Below are positions 22,862 through 37,900 of a stretch of 64,000 nucleotides of DNA, one piece after another (the first letter of the stretch is position 1; the number at the start of each line of letters is the position of its first letter). A model generated the notes under the pieces. It saw nothing but the letters and a program-made list of their open reading frames with translations. It was not told the DNA's origin and made no database searches. A program made the translations under genes and the position numbers. The DNA comes from Macrostomum lignano (lineage: Eukaryota), in assembly GCA_002269645.1 (NCBI GenBank), contig NIVC01000620.1, positions 310,001 through 374,000 on the forward strand, written 5' to 3'.

Positions 22862-23089
22862 AATGCATGAAAACTGATTCTATTCTATTTCGTGCAACTT
22901 TTAGCTGCTGAGGAGACTTGAGAATGCTCAAAAAACTGTTTAAATCAAAATCTTAGCTCAGGTAGGCTGCTGAGATTTTTAGGCTGATTGTCGTGAAGTA
23001 ACTTCTAGACACTTTGATTGTGGACGGGAGATCCGGTTTTAAGAAACTTGCAACACTAAATAATAAACTCGAACAACGTAAATATAAAA

Positions 23090-23760
23090 CTCGGACACCT
23101 TAAACTCGGACACCTTAAACTCGGACACCTTAAACTCGGACACCTTAAACTTGGACACCTTAAAACTCAGAAATCCCAAATTATACCTGGACACCTTAAA
23201 TAACACTCGGACACCTTAAATAACATTCGGACACCTTAAATAAAACTCGGACACCTTAAATAAACTCGGACACCCTATATAACACTCGGACACCCTATAT
23301 AACACTCGGACACCCTAAATAACACTCAGACACCCTAAATAGCACTCGGATACCGTATCTAACATTCGGACAACCTAAATAACACTCGGACACCCTAAGT
23401 AACACTCGGACAACCTAAATAACACTCGGACACCCTAAATAACACTTGTACACCCTAAATAACACTCGGACACCCTAAGTAACACTCGGACACCCTAAGT
23501 AACACTCGGACAACCTAAATAACACTCGGACACCCTAAATAACACTTGTACACCCTAAATAACACTCGGACACCCTAAGTAACACTCGGACACGCTAAAT
23601 GACACTCGGACACCCTAAATAATACTCGGACACCCTAAATAACACTCGGGCACCGTAACTAACATTCGGACATCCTAACTAATACTCGGACACCCTAAAT
23701 AACACTCGGACACCGTAACTAACATTCGGAAATCCTAACTAATACTCGGACACCCTAAAC
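23090..23760. repeat. Minisatellite, 20-bp unit
   Basis: ACTCGGACACCCTAAATAAC. Confidence 0.92.
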
Positions 23761-24589
23761 CACATTATGACACTTCAAGTAAGACGCCATAAAAACTCGT
23801 ACACCACAGAATCAATCAAGAACAACAGAAAAAATCAAACTCAAACACTTAATATCAGAATCTATTCTTTGGACAAACAAATCTTTGACTTAGATATTAG
23901 CAATTAGAAACATTTGTTTAAAGTATTTGTTAGAAGTGTGAGAAATATTTTCTGTGTTTTTACACCAGTTACTTTTATTGTGTAATTTTATATAGATTGG
24001 ATGCAGGAATCCAATTAGTGAGCGGAGGGGGTTGCAAACCTTCTTAAGAATGAAAAGAAAATGATTGACATCAGTGAATAAGAGGCTCTTATTGAAGTGT
24101 ACTCAGTAGTTCTACACTTTTTCTGAAAACTATTACCTGTATGGTTATAGTGTAGGGTTACTTGACGCATTTCATTAATCTACCTTAACCAACCTCTCAG
24201 CTACTTCAGGTCAGTTGAGTGTAACAAAAAATATGAGACTGAAAATCTCTCCTGACCTCGCTGCATTGATTTATGGAGCATAATTAACTGTGCTCAGAAT
24301 CCTTCAGTTATCGAGTGCTGTTTTTTTATACTGGGTTCTAAATAAATAAATAAATAGTGAGTTACGGCGAAGATTTATGAGAGAGAGAAAGGGACAGCAG
24401 AGGAAATGGACTTAGTGCTAGTCGTAAGTCACCAGTCCTAGCTGGTATCTGATAGCCTACTATTCTCCTGTTCTTAAGCCTGTCATTAGCTTCATCTTGA
24501 TAGATGAGACTTCTATAGGCCTGCTCGCTGTGTGGGCTGCTGGCTCTGTCTCCGGCTTGGGGCGCCTCTGCATACTCTCGTCTCTATAT

Positions 24590-24975
24590 ACCTCCTCCCT
24601 CACTACCTCTCCCTCTGCTCTCCCCCTCTGCTCTCTCCCTCCCTCTGCTCTCTCCCTCCATCTGCTCTCTCCCTCCCTCTCTGCTCTCTCCCTCCCTCTC
24701 TGCTCTCTTCTACCTCTCCCTCTCCCTCTCTCCCTCCCCCTCTCCCTCTCCCTCTCCCTCTCCCTCTCCCTCTCCCTCTTCCCCTCTCCCTCTCCCTCTC
24801 CCTCTGCCTCTATCTCCCCTCCCCCTCTCTCTCTCCCTCCCTCTCGAGTCTCCCTCTCCCTTTCTCCCTCTCTCCCTCTCCCTCTCTCCCTCTTCCTCTC
24901 TCCGTCTCTCTTCTCTCTCCCTCCTCCCTCTCGCTCTCCCTATATGCTATATCCCCCTCTCTCTCTCCCTCTTTC
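24590..24975. repeat. CT-rich simple repeat
   Basis: (CTCTCC)n-like tract. Confidence 0.85.
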
Positions 24976-25614
24976 TCCCACTATTTACACATTGTCTTCT
25001 GTATGTCTTTTTGACTCCTACGAGCTATTTCAATAAAAAAATAAGACAAATCTATACTCACTGCCTTTACTCTTGACTAGTATAAATATTAGCTGTCTGT
25101 GTTAAGTAAAGGAAACTTTAAGTAATGTTAATTTTACATTGCATGTATTGCCATTCTATTGCGTATATATGCACAGAACTATGCTTATTTCCGTGCGTCT
25201 GTAAGCAACTACCGCAGCCACACCCAAGTATGCGCATGCATTCATGAATCCATTGTGCAAAAAATTGTTCTGAAATCTATTTTTAGCATCAACAATTAGT
25301 CAGTCTGGTCTTACTGCCATAATCAGGCATGGATGAAAGTAACGCTATAAAATGGAATCTAGCTTAGTTGTGGGTGTACTTTTTTACACCTGGAATTTGT
25401 CGTAGATGGTATAGGTCTTTCCCCTAAAGACAGGCAGACAGTCCGTGTTCATGCGATCATGGCTATCTAGATATGTAGAATTCTTTATTATTTGAAAAAG
25501 GGATTTTTTAGAATGTGGACATTTTGGACGTTTGTACTTATAGTAGTACTCTGTGTGTAACTTGAGCTTAAAAAAGCTTAAAAATTTCTTTCTTAAGCAC
25601 CAACCCATACAATA

Positions 25615-26410
25615 ACCCCACACTCCAACTAATACAATGATCCCACACTCTAACCTATACAATGATCCCACACTCCAACCTATACAATGATCCCACACTC
25701 CAACCTATACAATGATCCCACACTCTAACCTATACAATGATCCCACACTCCAACCTATACAATGATCCCACACTCCAACCCATACAATGATCCCATACTC
25801 CAACCTATACAATGATCCCACACTCCAACCTATACAATGATCCCACACTCCAACCTATACAATGATCCCACACCCCAACTCATACAATGATCCCACACTC
25901 CAACCTATACAATGATCCCACACTCCAACCTATACAATGATCCCACACTCCAACCTATACAATGATCCCACACTCCAACCTATACAATGATCCCACACCC
26001 CAACTCATACAATGATCCCACACTCCAACCTATACAATGATCCCACACTCCAACTCATACAATGATCCCACACTCCAACCCATACAATAACCCCACACCC
26101 CAACCTATACAATGATCCCACACTCCAACCTATACAATGATCCCACACTCCAACTCATACAATGATCCCACACTCCAACCTATACAATGATCCCACACTC
26201 CAACTCATACAATGATCCCACACTCCAACCTATACAATGATCCCACACCCCAACTCATACAATGATCCCACACTCCAACCTATACAATGATCCCACACTC
26301 CAACCTATACAATGATCCCACACCCCAACTCATACAATGATCCCACAGTCATCCCAATCCATACAATGATCCCACACAGCCATCGTATCCCATACAACGA
26401 TCCCACACCC
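25615..26410. repeat. Intronic minisatellite, 25-bp unit
   Basis: ATACAATGATCCCACACTCCAACCT; runs into the acceptor at 26423. Confidence 0.95.
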
Positions 26411-26423
26411 ATCCCACCCGCAG

Positions 26424-29400
26424 ACCAATCCCGTGACGAGAAGCTCCGCCAGGCTCGCCAAAACCGAGAGGCCGAACGCGCCCGCCGCCTTCGCGCCCTC
26501 GAAGCGGCGCACCGTCAGGCCGAGGAGGCGCGCCAACGCCAGGAGGCGGCTCGCCGAGCTCGAATCGAAGCGGCCAGAGCTCGGGACGCCGAGCGTCGAC
26601 GCGTCGTAGAAGAGCGCCGGCGCCAGCTAGAGGCGCAGGAGTCGCAGCGCAGGGCGACGCTGCTTCAACGATTGACAGAACGAGAGAGTCGGGCGGCGGA
26701 GCGGCAGCGCGAACGACGCGGCCGGACCGGCATGGTGTTCGCGTTCGGCAGCTGTACACCCAGGGAGGTCTGCGAGGCTCCGCCTGCGGCTGCAACTGCT
26801 GCTGCCGAATCTTCTGGTGCTGCTGGCAGCCGGAGAGCCGTGAGCTGCGCTGGTCGGCCTTCTAATGGCGTTATGAGTGCCAGCGTTTGCGGTGAGTGCT
26901 GCTGTGCTTTAGTGTTCGGGTTTGTTGCTAGGGCAGATGCATGAGTCATAAATCATTCTATTTATCAATGTCTCACTTATTGTTTATCTGAAATCTCATC
27001 ATTTGTCTCACCTGTTGATTATCTCAAATCTCTCATCATTTATCTCACGTGTTGATTATCTCAAATCTCTCATCATTTGTCTCACCTGTTGATTATCTCA
27101 AATCTCTCATCATTTATCTCACGTGTTGATTATCTCAAATCTGTCATCGTTTATCTCACCTGTTGATTATCTCAAATCTCTCATCATTTATCTCACCTGT
27201 TGATTATCTCAAAGCTCATTATTTATATCACCTGTTGATTATCTCAAATCTCATCGTTTATCTCACCTGTTGATTATCTCAAATCCAATTTCTATCTCAC
27301 CTGTTGATTATCTCAAATCTCTCATCATTTGTCTCACCTGTTGATTATCTCAAATCTCATCATTTATCTCACCTGTTTTTTATCTCAAATCTCATCATTT
27401 ATCTCACCTGTTGATTATCTCAAATCTCTTATCATTTATCTCACCTGTTGATTATCTCAAATCTCATCATTTGTCTCACCTGTTGATTATCTCAAATCTC
27501 ATCATTTATCTCACCTGTTGTTTTTCTCAAATCTCATCATTTATCTCACCTGTTGATTATCTCAAATCTCTTATCATTTGTCTCACCTGTTGATTATCTC
27601 AAATCTCATCATTTATCTCACCTGTTAATTATCTCAAATCTCATCATTTATCTCACCTGTTGATTATCTCAAATCTCATCATTTATCTCACCTGTTGATT
27701 ATCTCACATCTCATTTTACTCAGTTTTATGGCACATTATATATTAATGTTGTATACAACCTACTTATATATAACCTATAACAAATGTTGTGTTACTGCAT
27801 TCTGTTGCGTGAAAATATGCGTTTGTTTTAGTCTGTCCTCGACTACTGAGGGTGTACTCTCGGGCTGCACTGCGTCTACCATCGCCGCCGCCATTTCTTC
27901 GCGGTAAAAAGCATGCTCAGGAAATTTATAGTATATATAGCAAACTAGAGATTGATCATCTATATATCGTACATGTTGTTAGCCGCGATGATGAAGATGA
28001 AAATATGCGGCTTGCCTGTCTGCCTTCCCGCATCGATTGCTGTTTGATTTCTATTTGATTGTTTTTTTTTAAAACTTCAATCTACTCAGTCTATTCATAT
28101 ACCTCTCATGATACTAGTCTACTTCTCAGTCTTTCAATCTACCTCTCAGGGATACCAGTCTACTTCTCAGTCTACCAATCTACCTCTCAGTTTAATAATC
28201 TATCTCTTAGGACATCTATCTACCTCTCAGGATACTTATCTACCTCTCAGTCCATCAGTCTACCTATCAATTTATCAATCTACCTCTCAAGGTGCAGATA
28301 CTTCTCAAGATGTCTAATCTACCTCTCAGTCTATCAGTCTACCTCTCAGTCTATCAATCTAGCTCTCAGTCCGTCAGTCTACCTATCAATTTATCAGTCT
28401 ACCTCTCAAGATGCAGATCTACTTCTCAAGATACCAATCTACCTCTCAGTACACAAATCTACCTGTATCAATATGTCTCAACTTACTGACATTAAAGTAC
28501 ATACCAACCTAATTATCTGCATGTAAATTATGAAACGATTTTTTCACTAATTGAATGCTGCAAACAGAAATCAGGTGATTATGATTTTGTACTCTCTATT
28601 CAATAATGCAACTCATCATCTCCCTACTAGGAGTCTTGCCCACAGTATCGGAAAATTCCGAATACTCAGTCTCTAAACAGCCGCAGTTTGATGGCTTGAT
28701 GGCGTGCAGCTTGACTGCCGACGAATTTAGATTGCAGTCGGCCTCTAGCGCTGTCCACTGCATGACGCGAAGTGTTATTGGTAATGCTGGCTGCTTCAGT
28801 ACAGTCTATGGTCTTATCTGTTAGTTGGAATTGCAAAAAAATAGGTTTTGAAGCTACTGAAGGCCTGAGGGTAGGGGGTGGGTGACTGACAGTCTACTGA
28901 AGGCCTGAGGGTAGGGAAGGGGGTGACTGACAGTCTACTGAAGGCTTGAGGGTAGGGGATGACAGTCTACTGAAGGCTTTAGGGTAGGGAGTGACAGTCT
29001 AGTGAAGGCTTGAGGGTAGGGGGATGACAGTCTACTGAAGGCTTTAGGGTAGGGAGTGACAGTCTAGTGAAGGCTTGAGGGTAGGGGGATGACAGTCTAC
29101 TGAAGGCTTGAGGGTAGGGGGTTACAGTCTGAAGGCTTGAGGGTAGGGGGTTACAGTCTACTGAAGGCTTGAGGGTAGGGGGTTACAGTCTACTGAAGGC
29201 TTGAGGGTAGGGGGTTACAGTCTACTGAAGGCTTGAGGGTAGGGGGTTACAGTCTACTGAAGGCTTGAGGGTAGGGGGTGTCAGTCTACTGAAGGCTGAG
29301 GGTAGGGGGGTTACAGTCTACTGAAGGCTTGAGGGTAGGGGGTTACAGTCTACTGAAGGCTTGAGGGTAGGGGGTTACAGTCTACTGAAGGCTTGAGGGT

Positions 29401-32400
29401 AAGGGGTGTCAGTCTATTGAAATCGTAAAGTGATGATAAACATGAACGGATGGATATAAAGTTATGTTATGATGTTACTTTTATGATGGCATACCGGTAA
29501 CAAAAGCACTTGAAAGTCACAGCTAAAAGCCCGTATTATCAAGATGTTTAAAAACATTTCAGTTGATTTCTTCTCTAACATCAGCTTTTGTGTGTGAATT
29601 TTTGTTTTTCTAACTTAATGCTAAAAATGGCTGTCTGTCCTGCTTTCTAAAAGCATACTTTTCGTGCAGCCGATTTTGGCCGTTCTAACAGCCGAACAGA
29701 ATTTTTGGCATCCAAAATTCTTAGCACGTCTGCTGTAGGCTCGAAAAGAATGCATCATTAACCGGCCATTCCTCTTGCCTGCCGTCCAAGAGGACGATAA
29801 TTCGATTTGTGTCCTTTTTTCCTTCCTTCGCCCCGGCGCTAATCTGGTTCCGGTAGGAAAGTTTACGGCACGAATAAGATAAGGCTCTTAGGCAGCTGAG
29901 ATCTGAGACTGTTATGCAGATTTTATTATTGCCAATTTTAAATTTATAAGATAGAAGGGAGGTAGTCTGTTATGGCGCTATGACTTGCTGTCTAAATAGT
30001 TCAGATGGATGGCTTTGGTATGCACTTTTACTGGGCTCTTTTTTGTCTTTTTTTGTTTCAACAATATTCAAGCCTGGGGTTCATTAGTAGGTTTGGTAGG
30101 TGTAAAGGTTGAGGGTAGTTTGGTGGTAGATTAGGGGTTGAGACGTAAATTGGTAGGTTGAGGGGTTAATTGATGGATTATAAGGTAGATTGGTAGATTT
30201 AAAGATATATTGATCAACTAAGAGGTAGACTGGTAGGTTTAAGGGTAGATTAGTAGATTTAAGGGTAGATTAGTAGGTTTAAGGGTAGATTAGTTGGTTG
30301 AGTGTTGTCTGGTAGGTTTAGAGGTAGACTAGGGGTTCAGACGTAGATTAGTAGATTAAGGGGTAGATTGATAAATTGAGAGGTAGATTGGTAGACTGAG
30401 AGATATGTTGATCAACTGAGAGGTAGATTGGTAGGTTGAGAGGTAGATTGGTAGGTTGAGAGTTAGATTGGTAGGTTGAGAGGTAGATTGGTAGGTTGAT
30501 TGGTAGGTTGAATGGAAGATTGGTAGATTGAGAGGTAAATTGGTAGGTTGAGGGGTACATTGGTAGGGTGAGGTGTAGATTAGTAGATTGAGGGGTAGAT
30601 TGGTAGGTTGATTGGTAGGTTGAATGGAAGATTGGTAGATTGAGAGGTAAATTGGTAGGTTGAGGGGTAGATTGGTAGGGTGAGGTGTAGGTTAGTAGAT
30701 TGAGGGGTAGATTGGTAGGTTCAAAGGTAGATTGATAAACTGAGGGTATATTGTTGAAAAGTAGATTCAGGGATAGATGCGTACGTTCAGGGGCATATTG
30801 ACCAGGGTACTATTTTCAGTTTATATTTTCGCACAAACTGAGAAACAGAAATAAATCATTTTTAATTTTGCACTAAGCTAACTCTGTTTTGAAAGCTTAC
30901 CACAACACAGCACGTCACTATGATATGCTAAAAATGCTATTATTAGTACTTCAAAAGTACAAACAAATTCCAAGCCTACTGATGATACCTGTGTGTACAC
31001 CGAGCTTAAACTCCCCTCTCATCGTCATCATCCCCTTCCTGTCTCCGCAGTGTCCCGTTCTCGCGACAAGACCCTGGCAATGGACTCCTCTCTGGTGTCC
31101 AATAGCAGTGCCGATGGGCAAGGCTCTGTTAAAACTGCTGCCAACGCTAATTCTGTCGCATCCGGGAAGCGAAAAAGCAACAGCAAATCCGTGGCAAAGT
31201 CGGCTGTAGATCTGACCAACAGCTCCGCTGAGTCAGGTGAGTCTCGGGCTGATGAGATAAGACCTGAGATGATGAGAGTTAAGATAAGAGACCAGAGATT
31301 GAGATAAGAGACGAGATTAAGATAGATCAGACATAAGAGGCAGAGATTATATGATATGATGTGAGAAATACAAAGATTAGAGGTTACACTATTGGAGATA
31401 AGACTAATGATGCCATATGAGACAGTGACAGATGAGATATGTGACACGGAGCGGAGATATGAGACTGGGAAGGATGAGATATGAGACACATGGGAGAGAT
31501 GAGATATGAGACAGGGAGAGATGAGATATGAGACAGGGAGAGATAAGATATGAGACAGGCAGAGATATGAGGTATGAGACAGGGATAGATGAGATATGAG
31601 ACACAGGGAGAGATAAGATATGCGACAGGGAGAGATGAGATATGCGACAGGGAGAGATGAGATATGAGACACGGAGAAATGAGATATGAGACACAGAGAG
31701 ATGAGATATGAGACACGGAGAAATGAGATATGAGACACAGAGAGATGAGATATGAGACACAGAGAGATGAGATATGAGACACGGAGAAATGAGATATGAG
31801 ACACGGAGAAATGAGATATGAGACAGGGAGAGATGAGATATGCGACAGGGAGAGATGAGATATGAGACACGGAGAAATGAGATATGAGACACAGAGAGAT
31901 GAGATATGAGACACGGAGAAATGAGATATGAGACAGGGAGAGATGAGATATGAGACAGGGAGAAATGAGATATGAGACAGGGAGAGATGAGATATGAGAC
32001 ACGGAGAAATGAGATATGAGACACAGAGAGATGAGATATGAGACACAGAGAGATGAGATATGAGACACGGAGAGATGAGATATGAGACACGGAGAAATGA
32101 GATATGAGACACGGAGAAATGAGATATGAGACACAGGGAGATGAGATATGAGACACAGGGAGATGAGATATGAGACACGGAGAAATGAGATATGAGACAC
32201 AGGGAGATGAGATATGAGACACGGAGAAATGAGATATGAGACACAGGGAGATGAGATATGAGACACGGAGAAATGAGATATGAGACAGGGAGAGATGAGA
32301 TATGAGACACAGGGAGAGATGAAATATGAGACACGGAGAAATGAGATATGAGACAGGGAGAGATGAGATATGAGACACAGGGAGAGATGAGATATGAGAC

Positions 32401-33746
32401 AGTGAGAGATGAGTTATGATGAGATATGATACAGAGAGACGTCAGACAGACATACCATGCTGGACAGACTAGCAGAGAGAAGTAGCAGAGCATCAGATAA
32501 AATTTCCCATCTACACACGAAGCTGGCTCGCTGTACTTTTCTGTAGCCGTAGTTTATTTCAACCATCAGCTTGTAATTGCTGGCTAATTCACTTTCCAAA
32601 CACTGGGCAGTGCCTCCTATCTGAGTTCCCTTATCGGTCTGTCTGGGGATGGAAATCCTCATGTGTGTATTTTTGCAGAAGCAACACACGGTTTTATAGA
32701 CTGCCTCACATTGATCAGTCTGGATCTGATGTTATCGTAATGACTTAATCAGATTCAGAAATCCCCTAGTAGGAATGTCCATTTTACAATAGCCTCTTCA
32801 AAAATCGCCCTTTAGAAATCGATAATTAAAATCGCCCCTTCAAGAATCGCCCTTTAGAAATCGATATTTAAAAATCGCCTCATTAGAATCGCCCTTTAGA
32901 AATTGATAATTAAAAAATCGCCTCATTAGAATCGCCCTTTAGAAATTGATAATAAAAATCGCCTCTCTAAAAATCGCCCTATAGAAATTGATAATTAAAA
33001 TCGCCTCTCAAGAATCGCCCTTTAGAAATTGATAATAAAAATCGCCCCCTCAAGAATCGCCCTTTAGAAATTGATAATAAAAATCGCCCCCTCAAGAATC
33101 GCCCTTTAGAAATTGATAATAAAAATCGCCCCCTCAAGAATCGCCCTTTAGAAATTGATAATTAAAACTATCGCCTCATTAGAATCGCCCTTTCGAAATT
33201 GATAATAAAAATCGCCTCATTAGAATCGCCCTTTAGAAATTGATACTTAAAAAATCGCCCCATCGCAACCCCTCCTCAGCCGCTGCCCCAGCCACGCCCC
33301 GATCCAAACCGGCCTCTCGTCTGTCTTCCGCCGCGAACCTGAGCAGCGCCGGTCGCATCAAAAATCCCAAACCGACATCAGAGTTGTCCCTTCCAGTCAG
33401 CGGGCGAATGACAGCTTCGGCCACTGAGCACACTCTCATGTCGCGGTCTGCCGAGCAAGAGGCGCAGCAGAGACGAAAGCAGCAACAGCAACAGAAGCCA
33501 ATGGCCAGAACTAGCAAGTCTTCGCCTGCTACTCAGAATCAGCCCGCAGGTGGCATGGCCAAGTCCATGGTGGAGCTGCCCTCTGCCGGCAAGGCCGCGG
33601 TTAAGAAGGTGAATTAATCGATGATCTGTCTGCGTGTCTGTCTTTGCCTGTGTGTCTATGTGTCTGTCTGTGTGTCTGTCTGTGTGTCTGTGTGTCTGTC
33701 TGTGTGTCTGTCTGTCTGTCTGTCTGTGTGTCTGTCTTTGTCTGTG

Positions 33747-33801
<55 letters not shown>

Positions 33802-33934
33802 GTGTCTGTCTTTGCCTGTGTGTCTGTGTGTCTGTCTGTGTGTCTGTCTGTCTGTGTGTCTGTGTGTCTGTCTGTCTGTCTGTGTGTCTGTCTGTCTGTC
33901 TGTCTGTGTGTCTGTCTTTTTCTGTCTGTCTGTG

Positions 33935-33977
<43 letters not shown>

Positions 33978-34018
33978 GTGTCTGTCTGTCTGTGTGTCTG
34001 TCTGTCTGTGTGTCTGTA

Positions 34019-34049
<31 letters not shown>

Positions 34050-34050
34050 G

Positions 34051-34081
<31 letters not shown>

Positions 34082-34118
34082 GTCTCTGTCTGTCTGTGTC
34101 TCTGTCTGTCTGTCTTAC

Positions 34119-34171
<53 letters not shown>

Positions 34172-34656
34172 GTCTGTCTGTCTGTCTTACTATTTAGCAT
34201 TTCACAAGCCCAATTTCTGTTGCCCGTCCGAGCAGCCGGTCCGAACGAAGCGCCCCCTATCGTCCATAGCGGCCTCCCCAGCCGCAGTGGACAGAGTGGC
34301 CAAGCCAAAGGTATTCATTTCCTCCGATTTTGTTCAGACTAGCCATTATGCATACGGCTAATTGCTGCGTTGTGCTGCATGTGTTGTTTATCTCGCATCG
34401 GATCATAATCACAATTCAGTCTACTAATTTTACTACTGTCACCTCATCTTGTCAGTCGTATTGCATGCAAATCTAGCGAAACTCGGTGTTGATAAATTGC
34501 TTCTTAGAAATATTAGTCAGCTGGCTTTTGTTATAGAGCAACATAATATATTTACTAGTGCTATTTATGATACTACTACTGCTATTACTACTACTGCTAC
34601 TACTACTACTACTACTACTACTACTGCTACTACTACTACTATAACTGCTACTACTG

Positions 34657-34704
<48 letters not shown>

Positions 34705-34789
34705 TTACTACTACTTCTACTACTACTACTACCACTACTTCTACTACTACTACTACTACTACTACTGCTATTACTACTACTACTACTGG

Positions 34790-34825
<36 letters not shown>

Positions 34826-34827
34826 TT

Positions 34828-34880
<53 letters not shown>

Positions 34881-34909
34881 GCTACTACTACTACTACTAC
34901 TACTGCTAT

Positions 34910-34997
<88 letters not shown>

Positions 34998-37900
34998 GCT
35001 ATTACTACTACTACTTCTACTGCTACTACTACTACTGCTATTACTACTACTACTTCTACTGCTACTACCGCCCCTACACAGCCGGACACTGCAGCGTCTC
35101 AAGGCAAACAGCAGCATAATCCGTCGTCGGCCTCTTCAACAGTCCGCAACACTCGGCAAACCAAAGCGCCAGCTTCAGCCTCAGCTTCAGCGGCTCCAAA
35201 GTCGGTGCCAAAGTCGCAGTTAGCTCAGGACTTGAAGCCGCCGCCAGCTGAGCAGCCGGCCGTTGTGAAAGTCGAAGATGAGCAGCCGGCGAGCGTCGAA
35301 GTCGAAGTGGCACCGGCGGAGGCGGACGCCGCGGCAGAGGCCGCTGCCGAGGCCAAGCGCCGGTTCGAGGAGCAGCGCCGGCTGCACCGGGAGCGCGCCG
35401 AGGCGGAGCGCCGGGCCGAGGAAGAGTTCCGGCGTCGCCGGGCCGAGGAGCAGCAACGACGCGAGGCCGAGGCTGCCGAGGCCGCCGCCAGAGCTGCCGA
35501 GGAGGCGGCAGCGGCCGAGGCGGCCCGGCTGGCGGAGGAGGCGGCGGCCGCTGAGGCTGCGGAGCGGGCAGCGGAGGAGGCCCAACAAAGAGAGGAAGAG
35601 GAGAAGAAAGCGGTGAGTGGCGACCTTCTCCTTCTAAATTCCTATCTGCTCTTCTATCTATTTAGTCCTCCGTAAAATTACCCTAATCCACCGTTAATCC
35701 GCCCCTACAATAATCTTTATTTCTCGATAATTTTTCCTCCAGAAATCATCCTACTCCTTTGCTAATCTATCAACAAAAGTCACCTTAATCCCTCATTAAT
35801 CCACCAGTAAGAGTCACCCTAATCCCTCGTTAATCCACCAGTAAGAGTCACCCTAATCCCTCGTTAATCCACCAGTAAGAATCTCCCTAATCCCTCGTTA
35901 ATCCATCAGTAAGAATCTCCCTAATCCCTCGTTAATCCACCACTAAGAGTCACCCTAATCCCTCGTTAATCCACCACTAAGAATCTCTCTAATCCCTCGT
36001 TAGTCCACCACTAAGAGTCACCCTAATCCCCTTTTTAATCCTCCCCAGGCCGAGGCGGCAGCTCAGGCCGCTCGGGAGCGCGAAGAAGCTGAGCGCCTTG
36101 AACGCCGTCGCAAACTCGAAGCCATCATGAATCGAGTCAAAACCACTCCGGCCTCGTTGCCTAGCAACGATCCCACATCCGGAGACTCGGCAGACAGTAA
36201 AGCTCAGATGCCTCAGCTACCCATGCCAGCCGCTGACGAGACGCCTTCAACAGCTGCAAACCAGATGTCAGCCTCGATGCTGATCTCTTCAGCTGGCACC
36301 GCGGCATCTTTGTCGACGCCGAGCATGTCAGCTTCCATGATGTCCGCCTCCTCGTTGAGCACCAACGGCAACGGCAGCAACCCTGCCCTGGCTCGGCTGG
36401 TTGCTACTGGCCGGCTGAAAGGCACCAAGGCGGCCGAGATTCTGGCTAGGCACGCTGTGCCGTCGACACCGCGGGTGCCGCTGTCGATGCAGCAGCAGCG
36501 GCAGGAAAAGGAGGAGGAGGGGGACACCTCCGTCAGCACGTCTGCTGCCGCCGCCGCCGATGCAAGGTAAGATTTTAGACCCTTTTATTGACATTGCCTC
36601 ATTCTTGAGTCACCCCATTCTATGAATCACCCCATTCTGTGAATCACCCCATTCTGTGAATCACCCCATTCTATGAATCGCCCCATTCTGTGAATCACCC
36701 CATTCTATGAATCACCCCATTCTATGAATCGCCCCATTCTATGAATCGCCCCATTCTATGAATCACCCCATTTTGAGTCACCCCATTCTATGAATCGCCC
36801 CATTCTATGAGTCACCCCATTCTATGAATCGCCCCATTCTTGAGTCACCCCATTCTATGAATCGCCCCATTCTTGAGTCACCCCATTCTATGAATCGCCC
36901 CATTCTATGAAACGCCCCATTCTGTGAATCACCCCATTCTATGAATCGCCCCATTCTGTGAATCACCCCATTCTATGAATCACCCCATTCTATGAATCGC
37001 CCCATTCTATGAATCGCCCCATTCTGTGAATCACCCCATTCTATGAATCGCCCCATTCTTGAGTCACCCCATTCTATGAATCGCCCCATTCTTGAGTCAC
37101 CCCATTCTATGAATCGCCCCATTCTATGAATCGCCCCATTCTATGAAACGCCCCATTCTGTGAATCACCCCATTCTATGAATCACCCCATTATATGAGTC
37201 ACCCCATTCTGTGAATCACCCCATTCTGTGAATCACCCCATTCTATGAATCACCCCATTCTATGAATCACCCCATTCTATGAATCACCCCATTCTATGAA
37301 TCGCCCCATTCTGTGAATCACCCCATTCTATGAATCGCCCCATTCTGTGAATCACCCCATTCTATGAATCGCCCCATTCTATGAATCGCCCCATTCTGTG
37401 AATCACCCCATTCTATGAATCGCCCCATTCTGTGAATCACCCCATTCTATGAATCGCCCCATTCTATGAATCACCCCATTCAAAATCACCCCATTCTATG
37501 AATCGCCCCATTCTATGAATCGCCCCATTCTATGAATCACCCCATTCTTTGAATCGCCCCATTTTAAGAATCACCCCATTCTATGAATCGTATCATTCTA
37601 TGAATCGGCCCATTCTATGAATCGCCCCATTCTATGAATCGTATCATTCTATGAATCGGCCCATTCTATGAATCGCCCCATTCTATGAATCGCCCCATTC
37701 TATGAATCGTTTCTTTCTATGAATCGCCCCATTCTAAGAATCACCTCATTCTCCGCCCCAACAGCCCCGACTCTCCGCCCCAACAGCCCCGACTCTCCGC
37801 CCCAACAGCTCCGACTCAGTTGCCTCAGTTGAAAAAATCGTCTTATCTTAAGAATCGCTTCAGTCGAAAAAATCGCCCCAGCCTAATAATCGTCATTTGT

